From an uncultured delta proteobacterium (GTDB lineage: Bacteria > Desulfobacterota > Syntrophorhabdia > Syntrophorhabdales > WCHB1-27), in contig CAVYJH010000008.1 in assembly GCA_963768735.1 (NCBI GenBank), forward strand, positions 26,314 to 90,313: a stretch of 64,000 nucleotides of DNA, in the 5' to 3' direction. The notes below the pieces were generated by a model. That model ran no database searches. It worked only from the letters and a program-made list of their open reading frames with translations, and was not told the DNA's origin. Below, piece after piece: positions 9,097 to 19,914 of the stretch (the first letter of the stretch is position 1; each line of letters starts with the position of its first letter). A program made the position numbers and the translations under genes.

Positions 9097-9134
9097 GGGA
9101 AAATAGGGGGTTTACGGAAACCCCCTATTTTCCC
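9097..9134. repeat. perfect 14-bp inverted repeat (hairpin; terminator-like on + strand)
   Basis: GGGAAAATAGGGGG - 10 nt - CCCCCTATTTTCCC, followed by TGTTTT. Confidence 0.6.
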
Positions 9135-9142
9135 TGTTTTAA

Positions 9143-9189
9143 GACTACGAATCCAAAGGCTGTAGGTTCGAATCCTACTGGGCGCGCCA
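9143..9189 (+). other. 3' fragment of tRNA-Arg(ACG); putative att remnant marking the island boundary
   Basis: GA-CTACGAA-TCCAA-AGGCT-GTAGG-TTCGAAT-CCTAC-TGGGCGC-G-CCA. That is the anticodon loop, 3' anticodon stem, variable loop, T arm, 3' acceptor strand and CCA. No D arm or complementary 5' acceptor strand lies upstream. Confidence 0.55.
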
Positions 9190-9302
9190 TTCTTAAGAGT
9201 TCATGCGTTTCTTTTCTTTCACGATACTGTACGCAGATCAGTCGGAAACCACCATCATCCTGCGACAGACGGATAGGCAGGGGCAAACGTCGATAGAGAA
9301 TT

Positions 9303-10361
9303 ATGGAGAGAAAAAAGACAAGAGTAATAAGCGTAGGCGGCGTCAAGATTGGGGGCGATAATCCGATTACCGTCCAGTCCATGCTGAAGACGGACCCGCA
9401 AAACCTGCAAGAAACACTGAACCAGTTGCGGGACGTGAAGAGGGCCGGCTGCGAGTTGATTAGGATCGCCCTTCCCCAGGAAGAGACATGCAAGATAATC
9501 CCGTTTCTCAGGAGAGAAGTAGACATACCGATTATTGGGGACGTTCACTTTAATCACCGCATCGCCTTGAAGGCCATAGAATCGGGCATAGACTGCGTCA
9601 GGATAAATCCCGGAACGATAAATAACATCAAGAAGGTCAAGGAAGTTGCAAACCTTGCGCGGCAGCGTCAGATACCAGTGAGGATAGGCATAAATATAGG
9701 CTCCCTGGAAAAAAGGATCCTCAAAAAATACCGCAAACCTGACGCGAATGCCATGGTGGAGAGTGCCCTTTACTGCGTCAAGCTCTTTGAGGATGAGGGG
9801 CACGAGGCCGTTAAGGTCTCCCTCAAGGCTTCGGATATCCTGCAAACGATGGATGCCTATAGAAAATTCTCAGCCCTCTCCGACTGCCCGCTCCACGTCG
9901 GCATCACTGAGGCAGGCCCGGTTTTCTCAGGCGCCATCAAATCGTCGGTGGGTATCGGTATTCTCCTTAACGAGGGCATGGGCGATACAATAAGGGTCTC
10001 TTTGACCGGTGACCCCGTCTATGAAGTGACAGCGGCCTACCATATCCTCCGGTGCCTGGGCTTGAGAAAACGGGGCATTAACATCATTTCCTGCCCCACC
10101 TGCGGCAGGTGCAGGGTAAATCTAAGAGAAGTGGTGGAGGAATTTGAAAAAGAGATTACCCACATCGACACATCCATAAATGTCGCGATCATGGGATGCG
10201 AGGTGAACGGCCCGGGAGAAGCGCGCGACGCAGACCTCGGCATTGCTTTCGGCCCGCAGAACGCCGTGCTCTTTTCAAAGGGCGCCGTCAAGAAAACGGG
10301 TATCCCCAGAGAAATGGCTAAAGACATGCTAGTGGAAGAAATACACAATTTTTCCCACTAG
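9303..10361 (+). CDS. ispG: 4-hydroxy-3-methylbut-2-en-1-yl diphosphate synthase (flavodoxin)
   Basis: 352 aa: VGGVKIGGDNPITVQSM ... IRVSLTGDP ... ISCPTCGRC ... MGCEVNGPGEA. Confidence 0.92.
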   Translation: MERKKTRVISVGGVKIGGDNPITVQSMLKTDPQNLQETLNQLRDVKRAGCELIRIALPQEETCKIIPFLRREVDIPIIGDVHFNHRIALKAIESGIDCVRINPGTINNIKKVKEVANLARQRQIPVRIGINIGSLEKRILKKYRKPDANAMVESALYCVKLFEDEGHEAVKVSLKASDILQTMDAYRKFSALSDCPLHVGITEAGPVFSGAIKSSVGIGILLNEGMGDTIRVSLTGDPVYEVTAAYHILRCLGLRKRGINIISCPTCGRCRVNLREVVEEFEKEITHIDTSINVAIMGCEVNGPGEARDADLGIAFGPQNAVLFSKGAVKKTGIPREMAKDMLVEEIHNFSH

Positions 10362-10395
10362 GAAGAAAGCATGGGTCCTATTCGACTTCTGGGAC

Positions 10396-11022
10396 CTATG
10401 AATTCCCGGGCTCGCCGTCTTTGCCGAATGCCCCCTCCCGTACAGCCTTTTTCGTGAGAAATACCCGCTGAAGCACGGTCACGTGGGTGAGCACGGCAAG
10501 AATGATCACTATGGGCCTCAAGACGTCGAAACCCAAGCCTATCGTGACAAGAATAATCCTTTCGGGCCTTTCGAGGAAACCGTTTCTGCACGCGATAGAC
10601 GCAGCCTCGGCTCGCGCCCTCGCATAGGGGACAATAGCGGCGCCGATGGCCGCAAAAAACGACAGCATCGAAAAAAGCGGGTCGGGATGGTCCAGACGAA
10701 GAAAATGGATCGAAATGCCCAACATCACGAGGAGGTCCGAATACCGGTCGAGCACGGAGTCGAGGTAGCCCCCGAAAGACGTTACCATGTGCGCGTCCCG
10801 CGCAACAGCCCCGTCGAGCACGTCACAGAAACCGGACACGAGAAGGCAGATGCCGGCCACAAAGAGCGGCACTTTCAGCCCGACGAGTAAGGCTGCCACA
10901 AGCGAAAAAATGAGCCCGAAGAGAGTGAGCACGTTCGGACTGACGACTCTGTTTCCGAACAGTATTCGATAAACCCGTAATACAGCCGGATCAAAAGAAT
11001 GGCCCACCTTAGAGCTTATCAA
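10396..11022 (-). CDS. CDP-alcohol phosphatidyltransferase (candidate phosphatidylinositol-phosphate synthase)
   Basis: 208-aa polytopic protein with the family motif DVLDGAVARDAHMVTSFGGYLDSVLDRYSD. Lies downstream of an inositol-phosphate synthase gene. Confidence 0.8.
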   Translation of the reverse strand: MISSKVGHSFDPAVLRVYRILFGNRVVSPNVLTLFGLIFSLVAALLVGLKVPLFVAGICLLVSGFCDVLDGAVARDAHMVTSFGGYLDSVLDRYSDLLVMLGISIHFLRLDHPDPLFSMLSFFAAIGAAIVPYARARAEAASIACRNGFLERPERIILVTIGLGFDVLRPIVIILAVLTHVTVLQRVFLTKKAVREGAFGKDGEPGNS

Positions 11023-11062
11023 TTATAATTCCTGCTGCCCCTTCTATCTGTATCTTTCCCCG

Positions 11063-11244
11063 CAATTGTTGGGGCTCAGCGCCCCCTCCAGCGGCAGAGC
11101 CGCATGGAGCCTTCCCCCTCATCTCGCTTCGCTCGGTCAATTGTTGGGGCTCAGCGCCCCCTCCAGCGGCAGAGCCGCATCGGGGCACCCGCTTGCGGGT
11201 CGTTCCCCCTCATCTCGCTTCGCTCGGTCAATTGTTGGGGCTCA
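11063..11244 (+). repeat. two tandem copies plus a 16-nt stub of a ~75-91-bp repeat element (family also at 19986, 39579)
   Basis: Copy A is 11063..11137, copy B is 11138..11228, the stub is 11229..11244. Conserved ends are CAATTGTTGGGGCTCAGCGCCCCCTCCA and CCCCCTCATCTCGCTTCGCTCGGT. The middle is variable but always forms a hairpin. Confidence 0.8.
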
Positions 11245-11298
11245 ACTCAAAACTCAACACGCAAAACTCAACACTGCCGTTCAGTGCCTATTCCCCTT

Positions 11299-12396
11299 CT
11301 ATCTGTATCTTTCCCCTCTTATGAATTCTTCAACCATCCTTCGTGCGATGTCGTCGGGAAACTGATGTATTGGGTGCTTCATTGTGTAGCCGGATATCGA
11401 TTCGAGCACGCCGCCCACCCCGCGGTCATGGGCGACCCCGCAGCACCTTATGGCGTCTATGACACATCCGCCGCTGTTGGGCGAATCCTCAACTGAGAGG
11501 CGCATCTCAAGGTTGATGGGGATGTCTCCGAATATCCTCCCCTCCATTCGCAGAAAACAGACCTTGTTGTCACACTGCCAGGGGACATAGTCAGACGGAC
11601 CGATATGAATGTTCTCGGGGTCGATGGGCCTGTCGAGCAGGGATTGAACGGCTTCCGTTTTTGATATCTTCTTTGACAAAAGCCTGTCCCTGTTCAACAT
11701 ATTCAGGAAATCGGTATTCCCCCCGGTGTTCAATTGGTACGTCCTGTCGATGGTCACACCCCTGTCGTTAAACAGCTTCGCCAGGGTCCGGTGGATGATG
11801 GTAGCCCCCACCTGTGATTTGACGTCGTCCCCTACCACCGGGATCTTCTTCTCCTCGAACATGGCAACCCACCCCTCGTCAGACCCAATGAAGACGGGGA
11901 TACAGTTTATCAGGCCTGTGCCGGCTTCGAGACAGCATCTGGCATAAAACCTGGCCGCCTCCTCCGAGCCGACGGGGAGATAGTTTATCAGGACCTCGAC
12001 CCCTCGGTCCTTCAACGTTCTGACCACATCGTCGGGCCGCTTATCGGCAAGGACGAACCTGCGGTCCTCCGGATAATCGGCCATGTGGGGAGAAATACCG
12101 TCGAGGGGATTTCCCATGGAAACCGTGAACCCGCCGTCGCAGAGACCGGAGGTGATCCGCTTCGTGCAATTCGGCGGAGCGAAGATCGCTTCATGAAACG
12201 GTCTGCCCACCTTTCTCCTGTCTATATCAAAGGCGGCCACTATCTTGATGTCTCCGGCAGTATATCCACATATTTCACGGTGCATCAAACCGGCGGGGAG
12301 CTCCTCTGCCTTTGTTCCGGCATAATAGTCGATGCCCTGCGCGAGGGCGCTCGCACAATTCCCCACCCCAACAATCCCTACTCGAATTTCCCGCAT
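11299..12396 (-). CDS. myo-inositol-1-phosphate synthase
   Basis: 365 aa: IRVGIVGVGNCASALAQGI ... PVGSEEA ... VVGDDVKSQVGATI ... NTGGNTDF. Confidence 0.88.
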   Translation of the reverse strand: MREIRVGIVGVGNCASALAQGIDYYAGTKAEELPAGLMHREICGYTAGDIKIVAAFDIDRRKVGRPFHEAIFAPPNCTKRITSGLCDGGFTVSMGNPLDGISPHMADYPEDRRFVLADKRPDDVVRTLKDRGVEVLINYLPVGSEEAARFYARCCLEAGTGLINCIPVFIGSDEGWVAMFEEKKIPVVGDDVKSQVGATIIHRTLAKLFNDRGVTIDRTYQLNTGGNTDFLNMLNRDRLLSKKISKTEAVQSLLDRPIDPENIHIGPSDYVPWQCDNKVCFLRMEGRIFGDIPINLEMRLSVEDSPNSGGCVIDAIRCCGVAHDRGVGGVLESISGYTMKHPIHQFPDDIARRMVEEFIRGERYR

Positions 12397-12465
12397 GGAA
12401 TCACCTGGAAGTTTTCTTTCTTTTAGAATATCCGCCTTGAAAAGTCAAAAACAAAATCCGGTCGT

Positions 12466-13020
12466 TTACGCCTCCCTGTAGCGACTGAGGCCCATCTCGT
12501 ACAAATCATTACCGAAAATATCGTTTATCACGAAAAGCGGTAAATCCTCGACGAGAAGCCTGGCCACTGCCTCCGGTCCCAAGTCCTTGTACGCCACAAC
12601 GTCGTATGCGCGCACGCACTTTGACAGCAGCGCCCCCGCGCCACCCGTAGCACCCAGGTAGAGCGCTTTATGTTTCCTTATCGCATCTTTCACTTGATCC
12701 GATCTCTTGCCCTTCCCTATCATGCCTTTCAGGCCCAAGGCGAGAAGAGTGGGGGCGCAGGCGTCCATCCGCGAGCTTGTCGTTGGACCGGCTGCGCCGA
12801 TCACCCGGCCGGGAGCCGGAGGCGTCGGCCCGCAATAGTAGATCACCTGCCCCTCGATGTCGATGGGCAGCGGTGCGCCTCTCCGGAGGACTTCCATGAA
12901 TCTCTTGTGCGCTGCATCCCGCGCAGTGTAAATCCAACCGGAAAGCAGCACCCTATCTCCCGATCGCAGCCCGGAGACCGACTCTTCGTCCAGGGGCGTG
13001 GCAATGCGCTTTATCTCCAT
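12466..13020 (-). CDS. Fe-S hydro-lyase beta subunit (class I fumarate hydratase/tartrate dehydratase type)
   Basis: 184 aa: LSGWIYTARDAAHKR ... YYCGPTP ... GPTTSSRMD ... MIGKG. Confidence 0.85.
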   Translation of the reverse strand: MEIKRIATPLDEESVSGLRSGDRVLLSGWIYTARDAAHKRFMEVLRRGAPLPIDIEGQVIYYCGPTPPAPGRVIGAAGPTTSSRMDACAPTLLALGLKGMIGKGKRSDQVKDAIRKHKALYLGATGGAGALLSKCVRAYDVVAYKDLGPEAVARLLVEDLPLFVINDIFGNDLYEMGLSRYREA

Positions 13021-13032
13021 TCGTCTCCCCTT

Positions 13033-13875
13033 CTAGAGCGTTGCTTCCCGGATCCTGTGGGCGTGGCACTGGATGTTCACCGCAATCGGGAGAGACGCGA
13101 TGTGGCACGGCAGCGCCTTGATATGCACATCCAACGCCGTAACGCTTCCGCCGTACCCTCCGGGCCCTATGCCTGACTTGTTTATTTCCGCCAATATTTT
13201 CAACTCAAGATCGGCTATGGCCGGATCGGGATTCCCCTCCCCGAAAGGGAGCATCAATGCCTCCTTCGAGAGGAGCGCGGAGGTCTCAAAATTGCCCCCT
13301 ACCCCGATGCCCACGATAATAGGCGGGCAAGGGTTCGGCCCTCCCCTCTTTACCATCTCCAGCACAAATGCAATTATCCCGGGGACCCCCTGGGCGGGTG
13401 TGAGCATTCTCACCTCGCTGTAGTTCTCACTCCCCCCACCTTTCGGCATGACGACGATCCTCACCTTGTCACCGGCTGCAAAAGAGGTGTGGATTATGGG
13501 CGGCGTATTGTCACCGGTATTCTTTCTCGTGAAAGGGTCGCAGCACGATTTTCTCAGATATCCTTTGTCATAGGCGTCTCGCACGCCCGTGCCGACGGCG
13601 TCGCTCAAGCTCCCGCCCGTGAAAAACACGTCCTGCCCGACTTCTATGAAGACAACGGCCAACCCGGTGTCCTGGCATAGGGGTATGTGCTCGTCCCGAG
13701 CGACGTCGGCATTCCTCAGCAGGTCGCTGAGCACTTCCTTCCCCACGGGCGACACCTCCTCGTCCATGGCGCGTTTCAACCTCTCCCGCACGCTTTCAGA
13801 GAGATTGATGTTTGCGTCTATGAGGAGTTTCTCCACCACGACCGCGACGTCGGCCACCTGCACTTCTCTCATCAC
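13033..13875 (-). CDS. Fe-S hydro-lyase alpha subunit (class I fumarate hydratase/tartrate dehydratase type)
   Basis: 280 aa: PLCQDTGLAVVFIEVGQDV ... PKGGGSEN ... GIGVGGNFE. Confidence 0.85.
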   Translation of the reverse strand: MMREVQVADVAVVVEKLLIDANINLSESVRERLKRAMDEEVSPVGKEVLSDLLRNADVARDEHIPLCQDTGLAVVFIEVGQDVFFTGGSLSDAVGTGVRDAYDKGYLRKSCCDPFTRKNTGDNTPPIIHTSFAAGDKVRIVVMPKGGGSENYSEVRMLTPAQGVPGIIAFVLEMVKRGGPNPCPPIIVGIGVGGNFETSALLSKEALMLPFGEGNPDPAIADLELKILAEINKSGIGPGGYGGSVTALDVHIKALPCHIASLPIAVNIQCHAHRIREATL

Positions 13876-15222
13876 TCACTCCCGATAAGGTTGTATAATA
13901 CCTTTCTCCATCAGGAGGCCTACCTCTTCCCTTGCCCTTCTGATCTTTCCTTCAGCCATGGAAAAAAGTTCTTTTCCGCTCAGGTTCAGGCGGGCCACTC
14001 CCTGCTCCATCGCCTTCGTCGCAACGGCGACCGCCTCCCTGGGAAAGACCTCCCATTCGTCCATAGTGGGGAGGAGACGCTCCTCCGAGAGCCCTTTATC
14101 CTCGGCGCACCGGGCCAGCTCAACCGCGGCAGCAATGCACATCTCGTCGGTAATGGTCCGCGCCATGACATCGAGGGTGCCCCTGAAGATTGCGGGGAAG
14201 CCGATCGAATTGTTCACCTGGTTGGGGAAATCGCTCCTGCCCGTCGCAACGATGCGCGCCCCTGCCTCCTTCGCCTCCCACGGCCATATTTCAGGGATCG
14301 GATTGGCGCAGGCGAAGACTATTGCGTTATCGGCCATCCTTGCGATCCAGTCTTTCTTGATGACGTCGGGTCCTGATTTGGCAAGGGCGATGACCACGTC
14401 CTGACCGGCGAGGGCCTCTTCCATGTCACCGTCCCTGCCTTCCCCGTTCGTGATTTGGCTAAGCTCCCATTTCTGCGGGTGCGTCTTTGCGTCGATATCG
14501 TCGCGTCTCTTTGACAGGATGGCCTTGCTGTCGACCATCAGCATCTTTTTCGGGTCCGCGCCGGCTTTGACGAGCATCCGGGCGGTACAGACGTTGGCGG
14601 CGCCCACCCCGATGAGGGTAATCCTCGCGTCGCCCATCTCCTTTTTCACAATTTTCAGCGCATTGATGAGACCGGCGACGCTCACGGCCGCCGTGCCCTG
14701 CTGGTCGTCGTGCCACACGGGTATGGGCGCCTCATTGCGAAGCCGCTCGAGGATGTAGAAACATTTCGGGTTTTCTATGTCTTCCAGGTTGATGCCCCCG
14801 AATGTGGGGCAGAGATACTTCACCGTCTTGATGAACTCCTCGGGGTCTTTGGTGTCGAGGCAGAGCGGGAAGGCGTCAACCCCTCCCAGGTACTTGAAGA
14901 GCAATGCTTTTCCTTCCATAACAGGAAGACCCGCCAGGGGGCCGATGTCTCCGAGACCGAGCACGCGCGTCCCGTCGGTGACGATGCCCACCATATTGGC
15001 CTTGTTCGTCAGCTCAAAAGCCGCCTCCGGGTTCCGCTGGATTTCCCTGCACGGCTCGGCCACACCAGGCGTGTACCATATCGAAAAATCACCGACATCC
15101 CGTATGGCGCACTTCGGCACTACTTCTATCTTGCCCCGATAGTAGGGGTGCATCTTCATGGCATCCCGCGCCGGTTTTTCAGCCTTTGCGAGGAGTTCTT
15201 CTTTTGTCGTCTTTATCGCCAC
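13876..15222 (-). CDS. NAD(P)-dependent malic enzyme (no PTA domain)
   Basis: YYRGKIEV ... YTPGVAEPC ... VTDGTRVLGLGDIG ... MEGKALLFK ... INLEDI. The ORF extends to 15288, but GTG at 15222 with RBS AGGGGGAG is the more likely start. Confidence 0.88.
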   Translation of the reverse strand: MAIKTTKEELLAKAEKPARDAMKMHPYYRGKIEVVPKCAIRDVGDFSIWYTPGVAEPCREIQRNPEAAFELTNKANMVGIVTDGTRVLGLGDIGPLAGLPVMEGKALLFKYLGGVDAFPLCLDTKDPEEFIKTVKYLCPTFGGINLEDIENPKCFYILERLRNEAPIPVWHDDQQGTAAVSVAGLINALKIVKKEMGDARITLIGVGAANVCTARMLVKAGADPKKMLMVDSKAILSKRRDDIDAKTHPQKWELSQITNGEGRDGDMEEALAGQDVVIALAKSGPDVIKKDWIARMADNAIVFACANPIPEIWPWEAKEAGARIVATGRSDFPNQVNNSIGFPAIFRGTLDVMARTITDEMCIAAAVELARCAEDKGLSEERLLPTMDEWEVFPREAVAVATKAMEQGVARLNLSGKELFSMAEGKIRRAREEVGLLMEKGIIQPYRE

Positions 15223-15426
15223 AGTCTCCCCCTTTGCCTGATCGGGCCCGACTTTATCCCTTAAGTCGCATTCCGGTATCGGTATCATTCCGCGAGGACG
15301 CGGAAGATTCAGGTCAATCTAAAAAACTATAGAACATTTTATAGATAATTACGAAAATTTGCTACAATATATACGATAGTAGCCCGCTGCCCGAGAAACC
15401 GCATCAGGCCGCGCGCCTGTGGGTAG

Positions 15427-17487
<2,061 letters not shown>

Positions 17488-17492
17488 AATCC

Positions 17493-18185
17493 ATGCAAGC
17501 TATCATCGCAGGCACATCATTACTCCGTTCGACCCTTTTCAAGAACTGGGATGAGTTGGTTGTCGAGACGCCCTACGGCAAGGTATCCGTGAGCAGGGCT
17601 TCCCAGTACCTCTTTCTGCAGCGCCATGGGAAAAAAGCCGTACCCCCCCACATGATCGACCACCGCGCCAACATCTGGGCGCTCAAGAGCCTCGGTGTGG
17701 AAGGCATTATCGCGGTCAATTCCGTGGGAAGCCTCAAATCGAACCTTAAGCCCGGCACGTTCATCATCCCTGACGATTTCATTTCACCCTGGAATATACC
17801 CACCTTTTTTGATTATGAGATGCGCTTCACGATCCCGCTCATGGACGCCGCCTACGCGCAGAAGATGCACCGTATCTGCACCACCATGGAGGTGGAAACA
17901 ATACTGGGCGGCATCTATGTCCAGACCTCCGGGCCGCGCTTCGAAACAAGGGCCGAGGTGAGCGTCCTCAAGAAGCTGGGTGACGTGGTGGGGATGACAA
18001 TGGCCTCCGAGGCGACTCTGAGTATCGAATATGGCATCCCCTACGTGAGCTTCTGCTCTATCGACAACTTTTGCAACGGCGTCCTGAAAGCCCCCCTCAC
18101 CCTGGACGAGGTCGAGGGGGAGATCCTGAAGAACGGCAGGACCATAGAGGCGGTCCTCCACGAAATCCTGGCCGAGGGCTTTTAG
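17493..18185 (+). CDS. MTAP-family nucleoside phosphorylase (methylthioadenosine/methylthioinosine phosphorylase)
   Basis: 230 aa: FLQRHG ... PHMIDHRANIWALKSLGV ... VQTSGPRFETRAE ... VVGMTMASEA. Confidence 0.75.
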   Translation: MQAIIAGTSLLRSTLFKNWDELVVETPYGKVSVSRASQYLFLQRHGKKAVPPHMIDHRANIWALKSLGVEGIIAVNSVGSLKSNLKPGTFIIPDDFISPWNIPTFFDYEMRFTIPLMDAAYAQKMHRICTTMEVETILGGIYVQTSGPRFETRAEVSVLKKLGDVVGMTMASEATLSIEYGIPYVSFCSIDNFCNGVLKAPLTLDEVEGEILKNGRTIEAVLHEILAEGF

Positions 18186-19444
18186 TGGACATCCTCATCA
18201 AAGGTGTTCGTCTCCCCGAGGGTCAGGTCCGCGACATCTTCATCGAAGACGGCAGGATCGACGAGATATCGGCCGCATGTACCAGGACTGCCCACCGGAC
18301 TATCAACGGAGCGAATAAGGTCGCCCTACCCTCTCTTATCAACGGTCATACCCATGCGGCCATGACGCTCCTGCGCGGCTATGCGGACGACCTGCCCCTC
18401 AAGTCATGGCTTGAAGAAAAGATCTGGGTCCTCGAAGCCAAATTAACAGGTGAGGACATCTACTGGGGGACAAAGCTCGCCTGTCTCGAGATGATCAAAA
18501 ACGGCATTACCGTCTTCAACGATATGTACTGGTTCTGGGAGGATTCGGCCCGGGCCGTGGCTGACATGGGCATCCGGGGCTTCCTCTCCGCCGTCTTCAT
18601 CGATATGTTCGATCCCAAAAAGGCGGAGAAGCAGATCGAATCGAATATAGAGCTATTCGGCATCGCGGAAAAGTACCGGCCTCACGTCGTCTTCAGCCTT
18701 GGCCCCCACGCCCTCTACTCGGTTTCCAAAGAGAGCCTCCGATGGATCGCGGAATTTTCCCGGCAACACAACCTGATAGTTCATATGCACCTCGCTGAAA
18801 GCGAAGACGAGACGCATTTCAGCCGGGAAAAGTACGGCCGCTCGCCCGTCGAGTTTCTTGAAGAACAGGGCCTGCTCTCGGAAAGGTTCACCGGCGCCCA
18901 CGGCTGCTGGATCACCCCAAACGATGCGGCCATCATGGCGCGGAACAAGGCGAACCTGATCAATAGCCCCGTCTCGAACCTCAAACTATGCGTGGGCAGT
19001 ATCTTCCCTTACCGGCTCGTCCAGGAGCACGCCATCCCTTACTGCTTCGGCACGGACGGCTGCTCCTCGAACAACCACCTGGATATGATGGAGACCATAA
19101 AATTCGCCTCCCTCCTCGCGAAATTCTCCACAAACGACCCCACCTTCCTCCCGGCCCGCGAGACCTTCGAGCGGGCGACAAGGGAAGCTGGTCGCATTTT
19201 CGGCCTGGACGACTGGGAGATCAAGGTGGACTCCTTTGCCGACATAATCCTCCTCGACCTCGCGAGACCCGAGTTCGTGCCCAATTTCGATATCTACTCG
19301 GATATTGTGTATGCGGCAAACGGCTACGTCGTCGATACGGTCATCTGCATGGGCCGCGTCGTGATGGAGGGCCGCCATGTGGATGGCGAAGAAGAGATTA
19401 TGGAGCGAGCCCGGCGGGCCGCAAGAGACCTCCCTGTGCGATGA
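18185..19444 (+). CDS. mtaD: amidohydrolase, 5'-methylthioadenosine/S-adenosylhomocysteine deaminase type
   Basis: LPSLINGHTHAAMTLLRGYADDLPL ... VHMHLAES ... GTDG. GTG start at 18185 overlaps the upstream stop (TAGTG). The ORF-track extension back to 18071 overlaps the previous gene. Confidence 0.8.
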   Translation: MDILIKGVRLPEGQVRDIFIEDGRIDEISAACTRTAHRTINGANKVALPSLINGHTHAAMTLLRGYADDLPLKSWLEEKIWVLEAKLTGEDIYWGTKLACLEMIKNGITVFNDMYWFWEDSARAVADMGIRGFLSAVFIDMFDPKKAEKQIESNIELFGIAEKYRPHVVFSLGPHALYSVSKESLRWIAEFSRQHNLIVHMHLAESEDETHFSREKYGRSPVEFLEEQGLLSERFTGAHGCWITPNDAAIMARNKANLINSPVSNLKLCVGSIFPYRLVQEHAIPYCFGTDGCSSNNHLDMMETIKFASLLAKFSTNDPTFLPARETFERATREAGRIFGLDDWEIKVDSFADIILLDLARPEFVPNFDIYSDIVYAANGYVVDTVICMGRVVMEGRHVDGEEEIMERARRAARDLPVR

Positions 19445-19450
19445 GATTCG

Positions 19451-19894
19451 ATGAGATTCGTGTGTGATGTGATGCTGGGGAAACTGGCGAAATACCTGCG
19501 TATCCTGGGGTTCGACACGGTCTGTGCCCAAACGCCCGCCGCCCTAGAGCACTACCGCGCGCATGATGGCGACCGTATCCTGCTCACGCGGCGAAAAGCG
19601 CCTTCCGGCTTCGCGAAGACGGTTCGCATCGACTCGGAGCGCGCATCAGAGCAACTCCTGGAGATTAAGGCGCTGCTGAAGCCCTTTATCTCAGACGGCG
19701 CGCTATTCGGCAGGTGCATAAAATGCAACGTGGAATTGGCCGAGGCGGACAAGGCGGACATCGAGCCCCTCGTCCCCGAGTTTGTCTATCACCATTACAG
19801 CCGCTTCAAGATGTGCCCCTCCTGCAGGAGGGTCTACTGGGAGGGGTCGCACACGACGGGCATGACCGGCCTCCTCAAGGAGGTGCTTTCCTGA
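19451..19894 (+). CDS. Mut7-C RNase domain (DUF82) protein
   Basis: 147 aa: [23 protein letters not shown] ... C-terminal zinc ribbon CIKCN ... CPSC. Confidence 0.75.
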   Translation: MRFVCDVMLGKLAKYLRILGFDTVCAQTPAALEHYRAHDGDRILLTRRKAPSGFAKTVRIDSERASEQLLEIKALLKPFISDGALFGRCIKCNVELAEADKADIEPLVPEFVYHHYSRFKMCPSCRRVYWEGSHTTGMTGLLKEVLS

Positions 19895-19914
19895 TCCCGT
19901 TCCCTTTCAAAGAA

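Noticed and set aside
9113-9189. Full-length tRNA, or the tmRNA 3' end, at the island boundary
   Set aside because: No sequence complementary to the 3' acceptor strand (TGGGCGC) and no D arm lie upstream. The 3' end lacks the G3:U70-type tmRNA/Ala acceptor. Only the anticodon-loop-to-CCA portion is tRNA-like, so it is called a fragment.
11063-11244. Possible CRISPR array
   Set aside because: The repeat units abut each other with no unique spacers. There are only two copies plus a stub, other copies are dispersed singly (one inside a gene), and no cas genes are in the window.
19714-19914. Upstream extension of the nth ORF
   Set aside because: It overlaps the Mut7-C gene in another frame with an arginine/glycine-rich nonsense peptide. 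The first plausible start after the upstream stop is GTG 19915.
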